Shown piece after piece: positions 12,701 through 26,757 of a stretch of DNA of 64,000 nucleotides. This stretch comes from Flaccisagitta enflata (lineage: Eukaryota). The first letter of the stretch is position 1. Each line of letters starts with the position of its first letter. Position numbers and translations under genes: made by a program. Below the pieces are notes generated by a model that saw only the letters and a list, made by a program, of their open reading frames with translations, ran no database searches and was not told the origin of the DNA. The stretch is from contig OZ231126.1 of NCBI GenBank assembly GCA_965153355.1, positions 20,832,001 through 20,896,000 on the forward strand. Direction: 5' to 3'.

Positions 12701-15100
12701 CTTCGGGGCCGCTGCCCAAAAAGGGGTAGGAGACAAATGGATGGTTCTCTCCCCCTCCCTCTAATTTTCAGATACAATTTGCCAGATTGCTTTTACTACA
12801 TGTCATAATTATTGAAGGTCAGCAAGGACGGAAGTTTTTTCTTTGGTGTCTGTAAGGCTGTTAACAGAGAAACAAATTTCAAAATGAAAATGATAAAAAA
12901 CTTTGGAATGACTCTTAGGCATTGCTAAAATCAAGAGATGGACTAGTGTATTAGTTAGACTAATATACCAATGATCAACCAGAGACCAATCAATGCCCCT
13001 GCAACCAATGATCTACCAGAGACCAATCAATACCCCTGCAAAAATTGACATTCAGGAAGTATTTATTAGGTCACTAAAGAGCTGCAATATGCAAATGAGA
13101 TTGACAGAGTCCCTACTGAAGGTTTTAGCTGCATAAAAAGTTGAAAATAAGGGTGGAAGACAACTGGATGGATCACCTCCTGTAAGTCTCTTAAAACCCA
13201 AACAGATTGCTCTTGACTCGTGAGTCAATCAGTGTGACAGGTTTTGACAGATCTAAGGGGAAGGTTGCCACTTATTTTTCATCTTCTTGCACATGCCAAG
13301 AGTTTGTGAAGTATACAACCATGATTGAATTTTTAGGTCTTTTTAAGACTGTAAAGAGCAAAATGAATTCAAATACAATAGTGATCCAATTATGGTATTG
13401 CTCTAATGCATTGCAGATTCCAAGAAATGGACTGGACTGTTAGACTAATGGACTAATGATCTACAAAATACCGATTTATGCACCTGAAAAAAATGAAATT
13501 CAGGAAGTTTGTGTTTAGATTACTATAGAGCTGCAATATGCAAATAAGATTGACAGTGTCCATCCTCAGTGTTTCATACTGTTTAAGCTGCTAAGTAGGT
13601 TGAAAACAAGGCCGGATACACAGCTACCTTAGTCGGGTGGGCAGGGGCGGCAAAAAAAGCTAAGCGTGACGGACGGACCAACCAACGGACCAACAGATGG
13701 ACAAAGCGGGTTGCAGAGTCGCGTGCAAGCGACTAAAAAGGGTGGTAAACAAGTAGACAGTTCTCTACCCCTTGATTCTCACTAAAAACTGGCCCAATGG
13801 CTTGTGAATCAACAGATGTAAAGTGCATAGATTGGCTTGTAAGGATAACTGGAGAGAAGAACTAAGCTAAACTAACACTTTTTCAAAAATGCCAAACTTT
13901 CTATGTTTTCCAAAGGTGAATGAGTTTTTTAGGTGTTTGTTAGATTGTAAGGGGCAAAATGAATACCAATATGATAATAGTCAAGGCTTTAGGGCTTTGC
14001 AGATATCTAGTAATGGACTTGGCTGATAGACCTATGCACCTGAGAATAAAAGGACATTAGGCAGTTTATTAAAGGTCACTGTAGAGCTGCAATATGCAAA
14101 TCAGAATGACAAAGTCCCTTCTCAGTCTTTCATACTGTTTTGGCTGCATATTAGGTTGAAACAAGTCATTGGATTTCACATGGTCAGCAGTACCCGATGC
14201 CTTGCTCGGAGTGATCAAGTGAAGAAGTAGAGCAATTATGCATTCACTTGCAGATATCAAGAAATGGACTTGACGGTTGGACTTATAGAAATATTAGAGA
14301 CCAATCAGGCCCCTGAAAAAATTGACATTCAGTATGTTTTTTTAGGTCACTGTAGAGCTGCAATATGCAAATGAGATTGAGTGACCCTTCTCAGTCTTTT
14401 GTACTATGTTAGCTGCATAATGCGTTTAGTAAAGGGCTGGAAGGCAAATGAACAGTGCTCTATCTCCTTATTCTATCCCTTTATTCAACTAGCCAGATTG
14501 CTTGTGAGTCAATGGGTGTAAAGGGCGAAGACTGGTATATTTGGTTGTCTAAAGGGAAGAACTAAGTAAACTCTTCCAGAAATGACAGTATTATTCAAGG
14601 TTTCTGAAAAGAGTATTGTTTGCTTTCTTTTTGGGCTTTGTTAGACTGTAAGGAGCAAAATAAATTCCAAAATGATAGTGGACCAATTATGGAATGACTC
14701 TTAAGGGTTGCAGATATCAAGAGATGGACTTGATTGTTAGACTAATGAACCAATGATCTACAAGAGACCCATCCATGCCTTAAAAACAGAACATTCAGGA
14801 AGTTTTTTTTCAAGATCACTATAGAGCTGCAATATGCAAATGAGATTGTCTCTTCTAAGTCTTTTCAGGTGTCCCTAAGCACCTTTATAACTGGCTGTGT
14901 CAGTTGGTTGGTCGGTTAGTCTGTCTGTTGGTCGGTAATGCATTTGTTCGATGATCCACATGGCACACCCTATTGGCCCACATGGCCTTGTTTACTGCTT
15001 TAGCTCTATCAAAGGTCGGTAAAACGGGTGGAAGACAAATAGATGGTTCTCATTTGAAACAGGCAAGGTTGCTCATGAATAAACAGGTGAAAAGTGTATT
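9770..15100 (+). repeat. Tandem array of about ten diverged ~300-500 bp subrepeats
   Basis: ATGGACTTGACTGTTAGACT...GAGCTGCAATATGCAAATGAGATTG recurs at ~9821, 10187, 10661, 11101, 11853, 12938, 13426, 14013, 14264 and 14724; spacing is lengthened by HINE insertions. Confidence 0.85.
12024..12722 (+). mobile_element. HINE-like family B (representative copy) with 21-bp central array
   Basis: Perfect 59-bp inverted repeat at 12108-12166 / 12659-12717, central (TGAGGCCTGAGAGGCCAGATT)n, GACG/GAAC microsatellite. Related copies at ~11255-11636, 18063-18580, 22140-22335, 22915-23115, 33727-34026, 34800-35200, 35240-35920, 41808-42304, 53998-54140 and 54914-55583. Confidence 0.75.
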
Positions 15101-16243
15101 GACAGGTTAGTGAAGATGTCCTAAAGGAAGGGCAAATATATTACTGAGGACATCAGGTTAAGTTGCAGCGAGCCCCAGCAATTGAGACAATGAATGATAA
15201 GAGCAGCCAGTGGCTGACTATGCCTTGGATGATTTCATTTTTACATTATTTTTCACATCACTGTGAATGAAACTATCAAACCTACATCATAAAAGATATC
15301 TTCTGACATGAACAAAGTATAGATCAAATCAATAGTGCATGTATTTCAATCAACTGCATTTTTGATGTAATAAGAAAAGATTATTTGATTAAAAGATACA
15401 GACAGTGAGGTTCAATTGCACTCTACAATATGCAAATGAGATTGAATCTGACCCTATGAAAGTGGAAAAATCTTGTTCTCCTATTACAAAAATGGCCTTG
15501 ATTTGGATTTAGCCAAAATTTTAGTCAACGGATAGAGAACTCGGTAGGCAGAATCTTTTGATGAAGTGTATCAAACAATCAAACATTTTTGGTTTTGAAA
15601 GCAAGTTATAGTAAAACAACAGGTCAAGAGGGAGATTGGCTACACCGTTAGAAAACCATGAAATCATTTGCATATTGCAGATATAGTCTTCTCCTGATCA
15701 AAATCGTCAGCTATGTTTCATATATGAATTTTTTGTATTCTTTAATCAATCTTGACTCTTGATGATGTCCTGTTCTCCAGTATCTTTCTGTTTCATGTCT
15801 TGTTCTGGTAGTAAGACACTGTCTGTTAAAAATCTCATTCATCCTAAAGGAATGTTTCTGACCTTCCTCTTCAACAATCTGTTCCAAAAAATAGGTTTCT
15901 TTGGGGATAGGAAAAAAAGGGCCTTATTTCGTGTTAAATGTCAAAGGGTTAACAATGAAAACAAATTCTCAGTTTCAGTTCAGGAATTGATAAGTAATCA
16001 AGCTTAGGTTTTGAGTGTTTGAAGGTTGATTTCAGGGTAAGGTTTAGTCCCAGGGAAAGAGTGAGTCAAAGGGGTAGGGATGAGTTAAGAAGGAAGGTTT
16101 ATTTAAGGCAAGAGCTGGTAAGGGGTTGGTTGTCAGAAATGATTTGACAGATTGACCCACCAAGTAAGGCACCACCACTGGTCAGGTACCCAGCGTGGGG
16201 GGAACCACTCTAGTCCGAGAGAGAATGTGAGAGAGTGAGACTT

Positions 16244-16317
<74 letters not shown>

Positions 16318-16565
16318 CTGAATCTACCCAGCCATCATGCAAGGTCAGGCTTTGGAATCCAATACAAGAAAGAGAGAGGGAGAGAAAAAGAAAAAGATTC
16401 ATTTTGATCTTGGAAATTCAAAGACTGTGTATAGCCTAGGTGCATTTGGGTGTGCAGTTTTACATGCACCGTTTCATCAGAAGACATAAGATTGTAAGAG
16501 AAGGGGATCACAGTTTTATTCCATGTAAAATGTAAAGTAAAGAAAAGTAATGAAAGTAAAGTAAA

Positions 16566-18720
16566 GTGTTTTTTCAAGTCTCTTCATGTTTTTTTTTCTC
16601 TTTGTCTCTTCATTCCTTTTATGTCTCTTCATGTCTTCTCATGTCTCTTCACATCGCCTCATGTCTTTTTATGTCCCTTCATGTCTTTTTATGTATTTTC
16701 ATGTCCTCTCATCTCTCTTCATGTCTCCTCATATCTCTTTATGTCTTTAAATGTCTCCTCATGCCTCTTCATGTCTTTTCATGTCTCTTCATGTCTTCTA
16801 TTGTCTCTCCATGTCTCATGACCCCTCATGTCTTTTTATGTCTCTTCATGTCTCCTCATTTTTCTTCATGCCCCTCTTGTCTTTTCATGTCTTTTTTTTC
16901 TGTTTATGTATCCCCATTTCTCTCCATGTCCTTTTATGTCTCTTCATGTCTCCTCATGTCTCCTCATGTCTCTTCATGTCTCTATATCTCTTCATGTCTT
17001 TTCATGTCTCTCTGTGTCTTTTTATGTCTTTTCATGTCTTTTCATGTGTGCTTATGTCTCTTTATATGTTTTTATGTCTCTTCATGTCTCCTCATTTTTT
17101 TTCATGTCCTTTCCTGTCTCCTTATGTATTTTCATGTATATTCATGTCTCTTCATGTCTCTTCATGTTTTTTAAAGTCTCATCAGGTTTTTTTTGTCTCT
17201 TAATGTCTCTTCATGCCTTTTTGTGTCTCTTCATGTCTTCTCATGTCTCTTCATCTTTCTTCATGTTGCCTCATGTCTTTTCATGTCTTTTCATGTCTCC
17301 CCATGTCAGACAAGAAGAGACATGAAGAGACATGAATAAAGAGGAAGAGACATGAAAAGACATGAGGGGACATGAAGAGACATAAAGAGACATAAAAAGA
17401 CAGGAAAAGATATGAAAAGACAAGAAAAGACATGAAAAGACATGAAAAGACATAAATGGAAATGAAAAGACATAAAGAGACATGTGGAGACATGAAGAAA
17501 CAAGAAAAGATATGAAAAGACATGAGGAGACATAAAGAGAGACATTAAAAGACAGGAAACATGAAAAGACATGGAAAGACATGAGGAGACATGAATTGAC
17601 CTGAGGAGACATGAAAAGACATGAGGAGACATGAAGTGACATGAGACAACATAAAGAGACGTGGAAAGACATGAAGACACATGAAAAAAACGCAAAGACA
17701 TGAGGAGACATGAGGAGAAATGAGGAAACATGAAAAGCGTAAGGAGACATGAAAAGACATGTAGAGATATGGAGAGATATGAAGAGACATGACGAGACAT
17801 GATGAGAAATAAGGAGACATGAAAAGACATGAAGAGACATGAAAAGACATCAGGAGACATGAAAACACATGAGCAGACATGAGAAGACATGAAAAAACAT
17901 GTAAAGACAAAAAAACACATGAAGAGACATGAATAAACATGAAGAGAGAGGAAAAGACGTCAGGAGAGGTGAAAAGACATAAACAGACATAAAAAGACAT
18001 TAGGATACAGGAAAAGACATTAAAAGAAATGAGGAGACATTAAGTCACTTGAAGAGACAAGAAACTAGTCATGAAAAGACATGAAGAGCAGCGAGATGCC
18101 GCTGGGAGATAATTCAGTGAGGAGATGAGAGCAGTGTCAGGGCAGGGCCGATGTCTGTAGCAGGGGGAATTTCCAGACGTCCTGAGGGGGCATATTTCAG
18201 GCCTTCAATGACTAATTAAGGCCACTGAAGGTATATTTGAAGGCTGGAGGGCAGAATTAAGGCTTGGAGAGCAGATTTGAGGTTTTGAGGGCAAATTTGA
18301 GCCACAGTCGGCTGGTTTGATGCTTTAGAGGCTAATTGAAGGTCTGGAGGGCAGATTTGAGGTCTGGTGGGGGATTTGAGGCTGAGGGGGCTGATTATAA
18401 GCCTAGATGGCTGATTTGAGGCCTCGAAGACTAAATTGAGGGCTGGGAGGGCAGATTTGAGGTCTTGATGGCCAACTGGGGGGGGGGGGACGGAAGGACG
18501 GACGGACGGACGGACGGACGTCTGGAAATTCCCCCCTGTGTTCTACAGGACATCGGCCCTTTGGGGCCGCTGCCCAAAAAGACATGAAAAGACATGAAGA
18601 GACAGAAAGAGACATAAAAAGACATGAGGAGATACAAAAAGACATGAGGAGACATGAAGAGACATGAAAAGACATACCAAGACATTAAGAGACATTAGGG
18701 GACATGAAGAGACATGAAAG
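16566..18720. repeat. 10-bp satellite (CATGTCTCTT)n that reverses orientation at 17308
   Basis: CATGTCTYYT units from 16566 to 17307, then AAGAGACATG units from 17309 to 18720, interrupted by a HINE at 18063-18580. Source of the many MSLHVSSCLF ORFs. Confidence 0.95.
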
Positions 18721-19012
18721 CACTGCAATCCTCCTCTTCACTTACAATCTTTCCCTGTAGTCTTCTGATGAAACGGTGCATGTAAACCTGAACGCCCAAG
18801 CACACCTAAGCCACACACAGACTTAGAATTACCAAGATCAAAATGAATCCTTTCCTTTTCTCTCCCTCCCTTTTTCTTGGATAACAAAGCCTGGCCTTGC
18901 ATTGGGTTGACTCAGCGCGATCGCTGTGAGTTGGATTAACGAAGCTAGTGGAGAGAAAAATATAAGTTAAAGTCACTTTGCGGAACATGGTGACTTTTTT
19001 TTTTTTTTTTTT

Positions 19013-19157
<145 letters not shown>

Positions 19158-19259
19158 TCCTAATTGCTTAAGTTAAGACACCCTGGATGCCTGACCAGTG
19201 GTGGTGCTTTACTCGGTGGGTCAATCTGTGTAATAAATTCTGACAACTATTTCTAAGTA

Positions 19260-19657
19260 CCATGCGTATCAACAAAAAAGACACACTTTTGAATAGCTTA
19301 TTGTGGCAACAAATTTCAATCAAACCTAATAAAATTCTAGATCATTGGAAAGCCCTTTGAAAATACTTTTATATGGTTTCAATCTGGTATTTTTATCTTA
19401 TTTTGTTTGGAAATGGCATTAGTTTGAATGAAAACTTCGCCAATCTCTATTTGAAATATGCATTTTAGCAAAATAGAGTTTCTCTTTGGAAGGCTCTAAC
19501 TCCTAAACCGTTTGAGATACAGACGTTCGATTGGTCTACATTGAAAGATTTTTTAAAAATCTTTAAAAATGTCTCAATAAAAAAAATTTTGATCATTTTT
19601 TGTATCTGTTTTATAAATGAAAAGAAAGGTGCGTCTTTTTTTTTTGGTACGCGTAAC
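19260..19657. mobile_element. TA-flanked MITE inserted in the right arm of the large palindrome
   Basis: AAAAAAGACACAC / GTGCGTCTTTTTT inverted ends; absent from the mirror arm; second copy at 21608-22016. Confidence 0.65.
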
Positions 19658-21607
19658 TACATACCACTGAACCCTACCCCTGAAATCAACCCTCAAACAC
19701 TCTCATAACCAAGGCTTAATTGCTTCTTTTTTTCCTTATCAATGCCAGAACTGAAACTGAGAATTTGTTTTCAATATTAATCCTTTAACATTTAAAAGAA
19801 AATGAGCCCCTTTTTCCTATCCCCAAAAAAACTTCAAAACTGAAACAGATTGTTGAAGAGGAAGGTCAGAAACATTCCTCTATGATGAGTGAGATTTGTT
19901 AACAGACAGTGTCTTACTACCAGAATAAGACATGAAACAGATAGATACTGGAGAACAGGACATCATCAAGAGTCAAGATTGATAATAGAATACAAGAAAT
20001 TCATATGTGAAATGTGGCTGATTTTGATCAGGAGAAGACAATATCTGCAATATGCAAATGATTTCAAAAGGTGAAGCCAATCTGCCTCTTGACCTGTAGT
20101 TTTAAAACAACTTGCTTTCCAAAACCAAAAATGTTTAATTGCGTGATAGACTTCATTAAAAAGCTTATGCCTACAGAAGTCTGCATCCATTGGCAAAATT
20201 TTTTGCTAAATTCAACTTAGGGCCATTTTTTGTGAGAGGAGAACAAGATTTTTCCACTAGTTAACACTTAGACTTTCATAGGGTCAGATTCAATCTCATT
20301 TGCATACTGTAGAGTGCAATTAAACCTCTCTGTCTATATCTTTTTATCAAATTTTCTTTTCTTATTTCTTCAAATATACGGTTGATTGAAATGCATGAAC
20401 TATTGATTTGATCTATATTTTTTTATGTCAGAAGATCTATTCTATGCTGTAGGCTTAAAAGTTTCATTCACTGTGATGGAATAAGTTGTAAAAATGAAAA
20501 CATATAAAACAAAACCTCCTTTTGTTTGCTATAGTTATGCTTTGTCTCAATTCCTCAGGCTTACTGCAACCTAACCCAATATCATCATTATTACCATTGC
20601 CCTTCCTTTTAGACATCTTCACAAACCTGTCAATACCCTTTACACCTGTTGATTCATTAGCAACCTAGCCTATTTCAAATGAGAACTAACAGATATAGAA
20701 CCATCCATATGATGTCTTCCACCCATTTTTCTTACCTTTTATGCCGCTTAAACAGTAAAAAAGGCCTAATAGGCCAAGGTGCGCCGTGTGGATCATCGAA
20801 CAAATGTGGTACCGACCAACAGACACACCAACCAGCGGACCAACCAACAGACTAGTTATAGAGTTGCTTTGGCGCACCTGAAAAGACTTCAAAGGGTCAT
20901 TTTCAATCTCATTTGCATATTGCACCTCAATAGTGGCCTAGAAAAAAAACTTCTTGAATGTTCCTTTTTTAAAGGCATGGATGGGTCTCTCAAAGATCAT
21001 TTGTCCATAAGCCTAACAATCAAGTCCATCTCTTGATATCTGCAACGCTTAAGAGTCATTCCACAACTGGACCACAACTATATAGGAATTCATTTTGCTC
21101 CTAACAGTCTAACACAAAAAAAAAGTAAATAAAACTTTTTTGAAAACCTTAGATAATTATGCTATTTCTAAAAGGGTTTAAATCTTCCCATTAGACAACC
21201 AATTTTACCATTCTACGCCCTTTACACCCTGGCTTGTTGAATAATGAGATGAATAAGGAGGTAGAGCACCTTTCATTTGCCCTCCATCTCTTTATTAGAC
21301 ATATTATACAGAGAAAACAGTGCAAAAGACTGAGAAGGGTCACTAAATTTCATTTGCATATTGCAGCTCTACAGTGTCCTAAAAAAAACTTCCTGAATGT
21401 CATTTTTTAAGGGGCATTGACTGGTCTCTAGTAGATCTATTAGTACAACCATCCAGTCCATCCCTTGATATCTGCAAGTGAATGCATTATTGGATCACTA
21501 TCATATTGGAATTCATTTTGCTCCTAAAAGTGAAACAAAACCAACAAAAACATTCACAATTGTAAAACTTGAAACATTATGGAAATAACAAATAAGTGTT
21601 AGTTCTT

Positions 21608-22016
21608 CACTAGAGTTCAAAAGAAAAGACGCACTTTTAAATGGTTAATTTAGCCATTAAATCTTCAAAAAACTATAGAAAATTTTAGGTCATTTTGAAG
21701 CCCTGTGAAAGTTCTTTCATTTGGCGCTAATCTGGTATTGCTATCTTTATTCGTTTAGAAATGGCATCAGTTTGAGTAAAAATGTTGCCTATTTCAGTTT
21801 CGCAATCCCTATGAAAAAAATGCATTTTAGCAAAATAGTGCTTCTCTTTGCAGAGCTCTAGCTCCTAAACCGTTTGAGATACAGACCTGGGATTGGTCTA
21901 GAATGAAAGATTTTTTGAAAATCTTTCAAAAAGTCTCTCTTGAAAATAGCTAAAATTGTTTTTTATATCTGCTTTATCAATTAATAGATAGGTGCGTCTT
22001 TTTTTTATCCAAGTGG
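21608..22016. mobile_element. MITE, same family as 19260-19657
   Basis: AAAAGACGCAC / GTGCGTCTTTT ends; shared internal CTCCTAAACCGTTTGAGATACAGAC. Confidence 0.65.
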
Positions 22017-23379
22017 TACTCTCACAAACTACTCTATGGCCTTTACACATATTGGCACTCTAGCAATCTGGCCGCTTTTAATTGAGAATTAAAAGATAGA
22101 GAACCATCTAACTGTCTTCCACCCCCAAATCAGCACTCTAGTCCTCAAATCCGCCTTCGGTGACCTAAACCAGTCATCTGAGGCCCCTTAAGGATGTCTG
22201 AAAATTCACCCCTGTGTCCTACAGGACATCGGCCCTTTGGGGCCCCTGCCCTGCTCTCAATCCACTTCTTCACCTGATCACTCCAAGCAGGGCAGCGGGT
22301 ACCGCTGACCATGTGTGATCCTTGGATGACTAGTTTCAACCTATTATGTAGCCAAAATAGTATGAAAGACTGAGAAGGGACTGTGTCATTCTGATTTGCA
22401 TATTGCAGCTCTTTAGTGACCTTAGATAAACTTCCTGAATGTCCATTTTTTCAGGTGCATGGGTTGATCTTAAGTAAATCATTAGTCCATTGGTCTAACA
22501 GTCAAGTCCATTTCTTGAAATCTGCAACGCCTAAGAGCCATTCCATAATTTGACTATTATCCTACTGGAATTCAGTTTGCTCCTTACAGTCTAGACCCAA
22601 TCTTATTTGCATATTGCAGCTCTACAGTTACCTAGAAAAAACTTCCTGAATGTCATTTTTTTCAGGTGCATGAATCGGTATTTTATAGATCATAAGTCCA
22701 TCAGTCTAACAGCAAGTCCATTTCTTGATATATGCAATGCCTTAGAGCAATTCCATAATTTACCACTATTGTATTTGAACTCATTTTGCTCCTTACGGAC
22801 TAAAAATGTATTTTCAATGAATATCATAGGTTATCACACCTCTTCCTTCAAGATGTTACTTTAACCATTTCTTATCCTCCAGGCTGGCCAATTCCCTTTG
22901 CACCTACTGATCCTTGTTTGGACAGCGGCCCTGAAGGGGTTGATGCCCTTACACAGTAGTGGGATTTTTTTTCTTTTCTCTTGTCCCTCCCCCTGACTCA
23001 ATCCCAGTCTCAAGGCCCAGATCCCAGCACAGATCCCAGCCTTGAGGACCAAATTCTAGCCTTGAAGGCCTCATAATCATCCTTGGAGGCTCAATTCTCA
23101 GCTTAAAGGCCCTAATCAACAAGGCTGGATACACGGCCACCAGTTGCGGAAGGGTGGGCAGGGGCGGAAATGCGCGTTTTCCCACTTTTTGATTTGATCA
23201 TTACGGACCAACAGACGGACCAAGCCTCTTATAGAATTGCATGTTCGCAACTAAAAAGGGTAAATGGAGAGGGACGAACCGACCAACCAACCCTCATAGC
23301 AGGGTGTAAAGTTGCGAGACTGTTTTGAATTAAAGGCCAAAGTTGTATAAAGCAAGTAGTATCAATTTTTTTTTCTTTT

Positions 23380-25030
23380 TAGAACTCTCAAGGCACCTTG
23401 AAATGGGCTGATAAGCTCATCATATAGTTCATGCTGGCTACCAAGTTTATTCCAAATGATTGAGACCGCCAACAGAATAGTTCCCTAAAATCATGAAATT
23501 TTCTTCTGTGACAAATTTCTTTCATTGCATTACAACTGCATAAGAGCTTGTTATGGAGAAAGAAATGCTACAAAATGCTAACTAGATCCAAAAAGATTCT
23601 TTGCTTAATGATATCAAGGTCTGCTAAAACAGAAGGCAAACTCATTTACATATTGTAGATGTAACAGTTTTTACTGATCCTGGTTGTTGCATGACAAAAA
23701 TGACTAGCCTTGACTAAAGTCATTTATTTGATGCTCAATATGAATAATTGGAAATAAATTCAGAGAAAAATTAACTTAATTCTTTCCTTAAACAACTCAT
23801 GATGAATATTTTGCTGAATATGTTTCTTCAGTTTTAAAATACAAAACAAAGTTAGAAAAAAATTGATAATACATGGACAATATTTTTTTAAGTATTCAGT
23901 GACATGTATCGCATAGATTTTATCAGCCATATGAAGTTGATTTATATAGTGTTTCTCGAAGTTAAAGGTAAAAATGTATGTGAGTTGGACAACATTACAT
24001 CTCATTTCAGTTACATTACATTACATTACATTTCAGTTAAAGATCACCTCTCACCTCCTGATTTGCATATTGCTGTTGGCCCATTTTTTAACTAATGTAA
24101 CTGAATTTGAATCCTTTTCATTTTGTCAGACAAAATAACATGAGATAACAATACATGAAATACTATACCAAGAAGAAGAATTTGAAAGAATTTAAGGCTA
24201 TGAGTAAGATCTGGTTTGAAAAGTAGATATCCTGGATTCAAAAATTGATGGCTTTGAATGCAAGGAAATCTGTTACTTCGATTTTCATCCTTTAGATTTT
24301 TCAATTATATTTATTTTTTTTCAGACAATTTTAGCCCTTGTCTTTAAAAAGGTCACAATCCTAATTGCAGATGCGTTTTTTTTTAAGTCTTAATTGTCTG
24401 GTTGTAGATCCATCTACTCATTTGCAGTCAAATTTTTATCAAGTAGATGGAAAAGATCTGAATGGTTAGCACAGCACAAGTAAAATAGGTATGGAAGTAA
24501 TTGATTAAGCGAGACCCTTTTAACTCCAAAAGTTTCTTGGGACTTATAACATTAATTTTGACTTTTTTGGAACTCAAGGCATCTTGGAATGAGCTGATAT
24601 GGCTCATCATAGTTTATGATGGCTACCAAGATTTTTCCATCTGATTGAGACCGCCAATAGCACAGTTTCCTTAAATCATGAAATTTTCTTCTGTGGCCGA
24701 TTTGATCCATCTCATTACAACAGCCTAAGAGCTTGTGACGGCAGAAAGAAATACTACAATATGCTAATGAGATCCAAAATGATTTTTTGCTTAATAATAT
24801 CAAGGTCTCTTAAAACAGAGGGAAAACTCATTTACATATTGTAGACATAACAATTTTTACAGATCCTAGTTGTTGCATGACAAAAATGACTAGCCTCCAC
24901 TTAAGTTATTTTTTTGATGCTCACTATGAACAATTGCAGATAAATTCAGAAAAAAACTCACAAAATTCTTTGCCTTAACAATTCATGATGAATGTTTTAA
25001 TGAATATGTTTTTTTCAGATTTAAAAGAAA
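23380..25030 (+). repeat. Two diverged ~480-bp direct repeats (23380-23860 and 24565-25030)
   Basis: Shared GATTGAGACCGCCAA, AAACTCATTTACATATTGTAGA and GTTGTTGCATGACAAAAATGACTAGCCT in the same order. Confidence 0.85.
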
Positions 25031-26757
25031 AAATAAGAGTCAAAAAACTTAAGAGTTGGTTGATAGAAAAAACTTTTTAAGCATTCTGTAATCGAGTAAC
25101 TCCATGCATGAGATTAATCCCAATAAAAACACACTGCTATCTGTATCACTGCTCCTGCCCAGCCCCATTACTGCTAGTCCACCCTAAAGTGATTATATAT
25201 TGATATTGTATCCAGCCTTGTTTGAATCTCAGGAGCAATCCCTCTCTTATGAGATTTGCTCATCAAAACTGAGTCCATAGTCACCTACCAAGCATTATGA
25301 TAAATCATTCATGATTTTTTTATTCTGTTCTTTTGTTTTTGAGTCGTGGTTCAGACTGCAAACATGAGATGGCGATCACCAACAGAGGAATTTTTTCTAC
25401 AGTTGTACTGCTGCTGCTTCTGCATGCTTTGCCCAAATAAGGACATTCTTTTGCTGTGGAGCTCAAGGTTTCAAATGCCTTTTGTTTTTCCTCAAATGCA
25501 AAAAGAGACAGAGAGAAAGTACAAGTAATGGCCAACTAGTGGGACAAAAACACGGGCAAAAGAACAGTCATCCCAATGTTTATTTTGGTTGTTTTTGGGG
25601 TTAAAACAGCAAAAATAAAACACGTTCTTCATTGCAGATTAAAGAGTGGAGTCAGAGCTTTCCTGTAAACTATAAAACATGTGTATTAAGATTGATTCCA
25701 GCTGTTTATAAGACAATTTTTACAGATGATCTGTTCTCGTCTTTGTTTGTTTGTTTCCCTATGTAAACAAACACCCAAGAATATGATCTCTTTAATTTAG
25801 ACTCTATAAACCATGATCTTCACATAGAAACAAACCGCGCGTTTCTAGCTGCTCTAGTTGCTGAGCTACGTTTTTCATAGGGACCCGTTATTATTAAGCA
25901 TCACTGAAAAAATCGATGTCCTGCTTTAAATAGTTTAGGAATTATAGATTTTTAAAAAGTGCTTGTCCGATGATCAGAAATTCAACGTACACATATAAGA
26001 ATTTTCAAAGAATGAATGAACAAATTCAAAAAAACCGCACTAAATCTAGTCCGATTTTGATAAAATTTGAAGTGGAAGTAGACCACATTGCTTACAGGCT
26101 GGGTGTTTACAGGCTGGGGTAAAATTTTCATGACGAAACTCCGATTATTTTTGCAGAAACAGCAAATTTTCCAAAAAAATTTCTATGGGTTTAAGAATGA
26201 AGTTAATGTAGATGAAACCTGAAATATAAAGTAATGCTATGGCCATAGTTTTTTACCGATTATCAAAATTTTTTAACTGGTAACTTTTGTACATATGAGT
26301 AATCTCCAGTAAAATTTTTGTGAAGACTGAAGCATTTTTAGTCTCCCAAATTGCAAAAATATTCTTACAGGTAGCTGAATATTTCTTATCCTGAGCAAGC
26401 TTACAATCAACCAATATCTACCCCACTAGACTTTATATGTGTAGAAGCGAATTTTGCCTAGTATTAGTAAATAGCACCATCAGACTACAGTTCAAAAATC
26501 ATAACAAAACTCCCAAAACTTTTTGCACAATGCTAATTTTACTAAAAATGGAATTATTTTTATTTAGGATAAATGTCATCTCTGGCAGTCAAAAAAAGAG
26601 GTGACTTCAGTGAAAACGTGATAACGGCTAAAGTATTCAACGGATTTTGATGAAATTTCAACCAGACATAGTCCAAATCATGATTATCATTCCCTATAAA
26701 TTTTGTGCAAATTGGTCAACATCTTCTGATGTTTTTGCTCTCTCAAAATTCGTTCGC

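Noticed and set aside
16566-18728. Long ORFs of MSLHVSSCLF type
   Set aside because: Translation of a 10-bp satellite; open in several frames with no domain.
18765-18774. CTGATGAAAC resembling a hammerhead core (mirrored at ~16471)
   Set aside because: No room for helix II between CUGAUGA and GAAA; flanking helices not evident.
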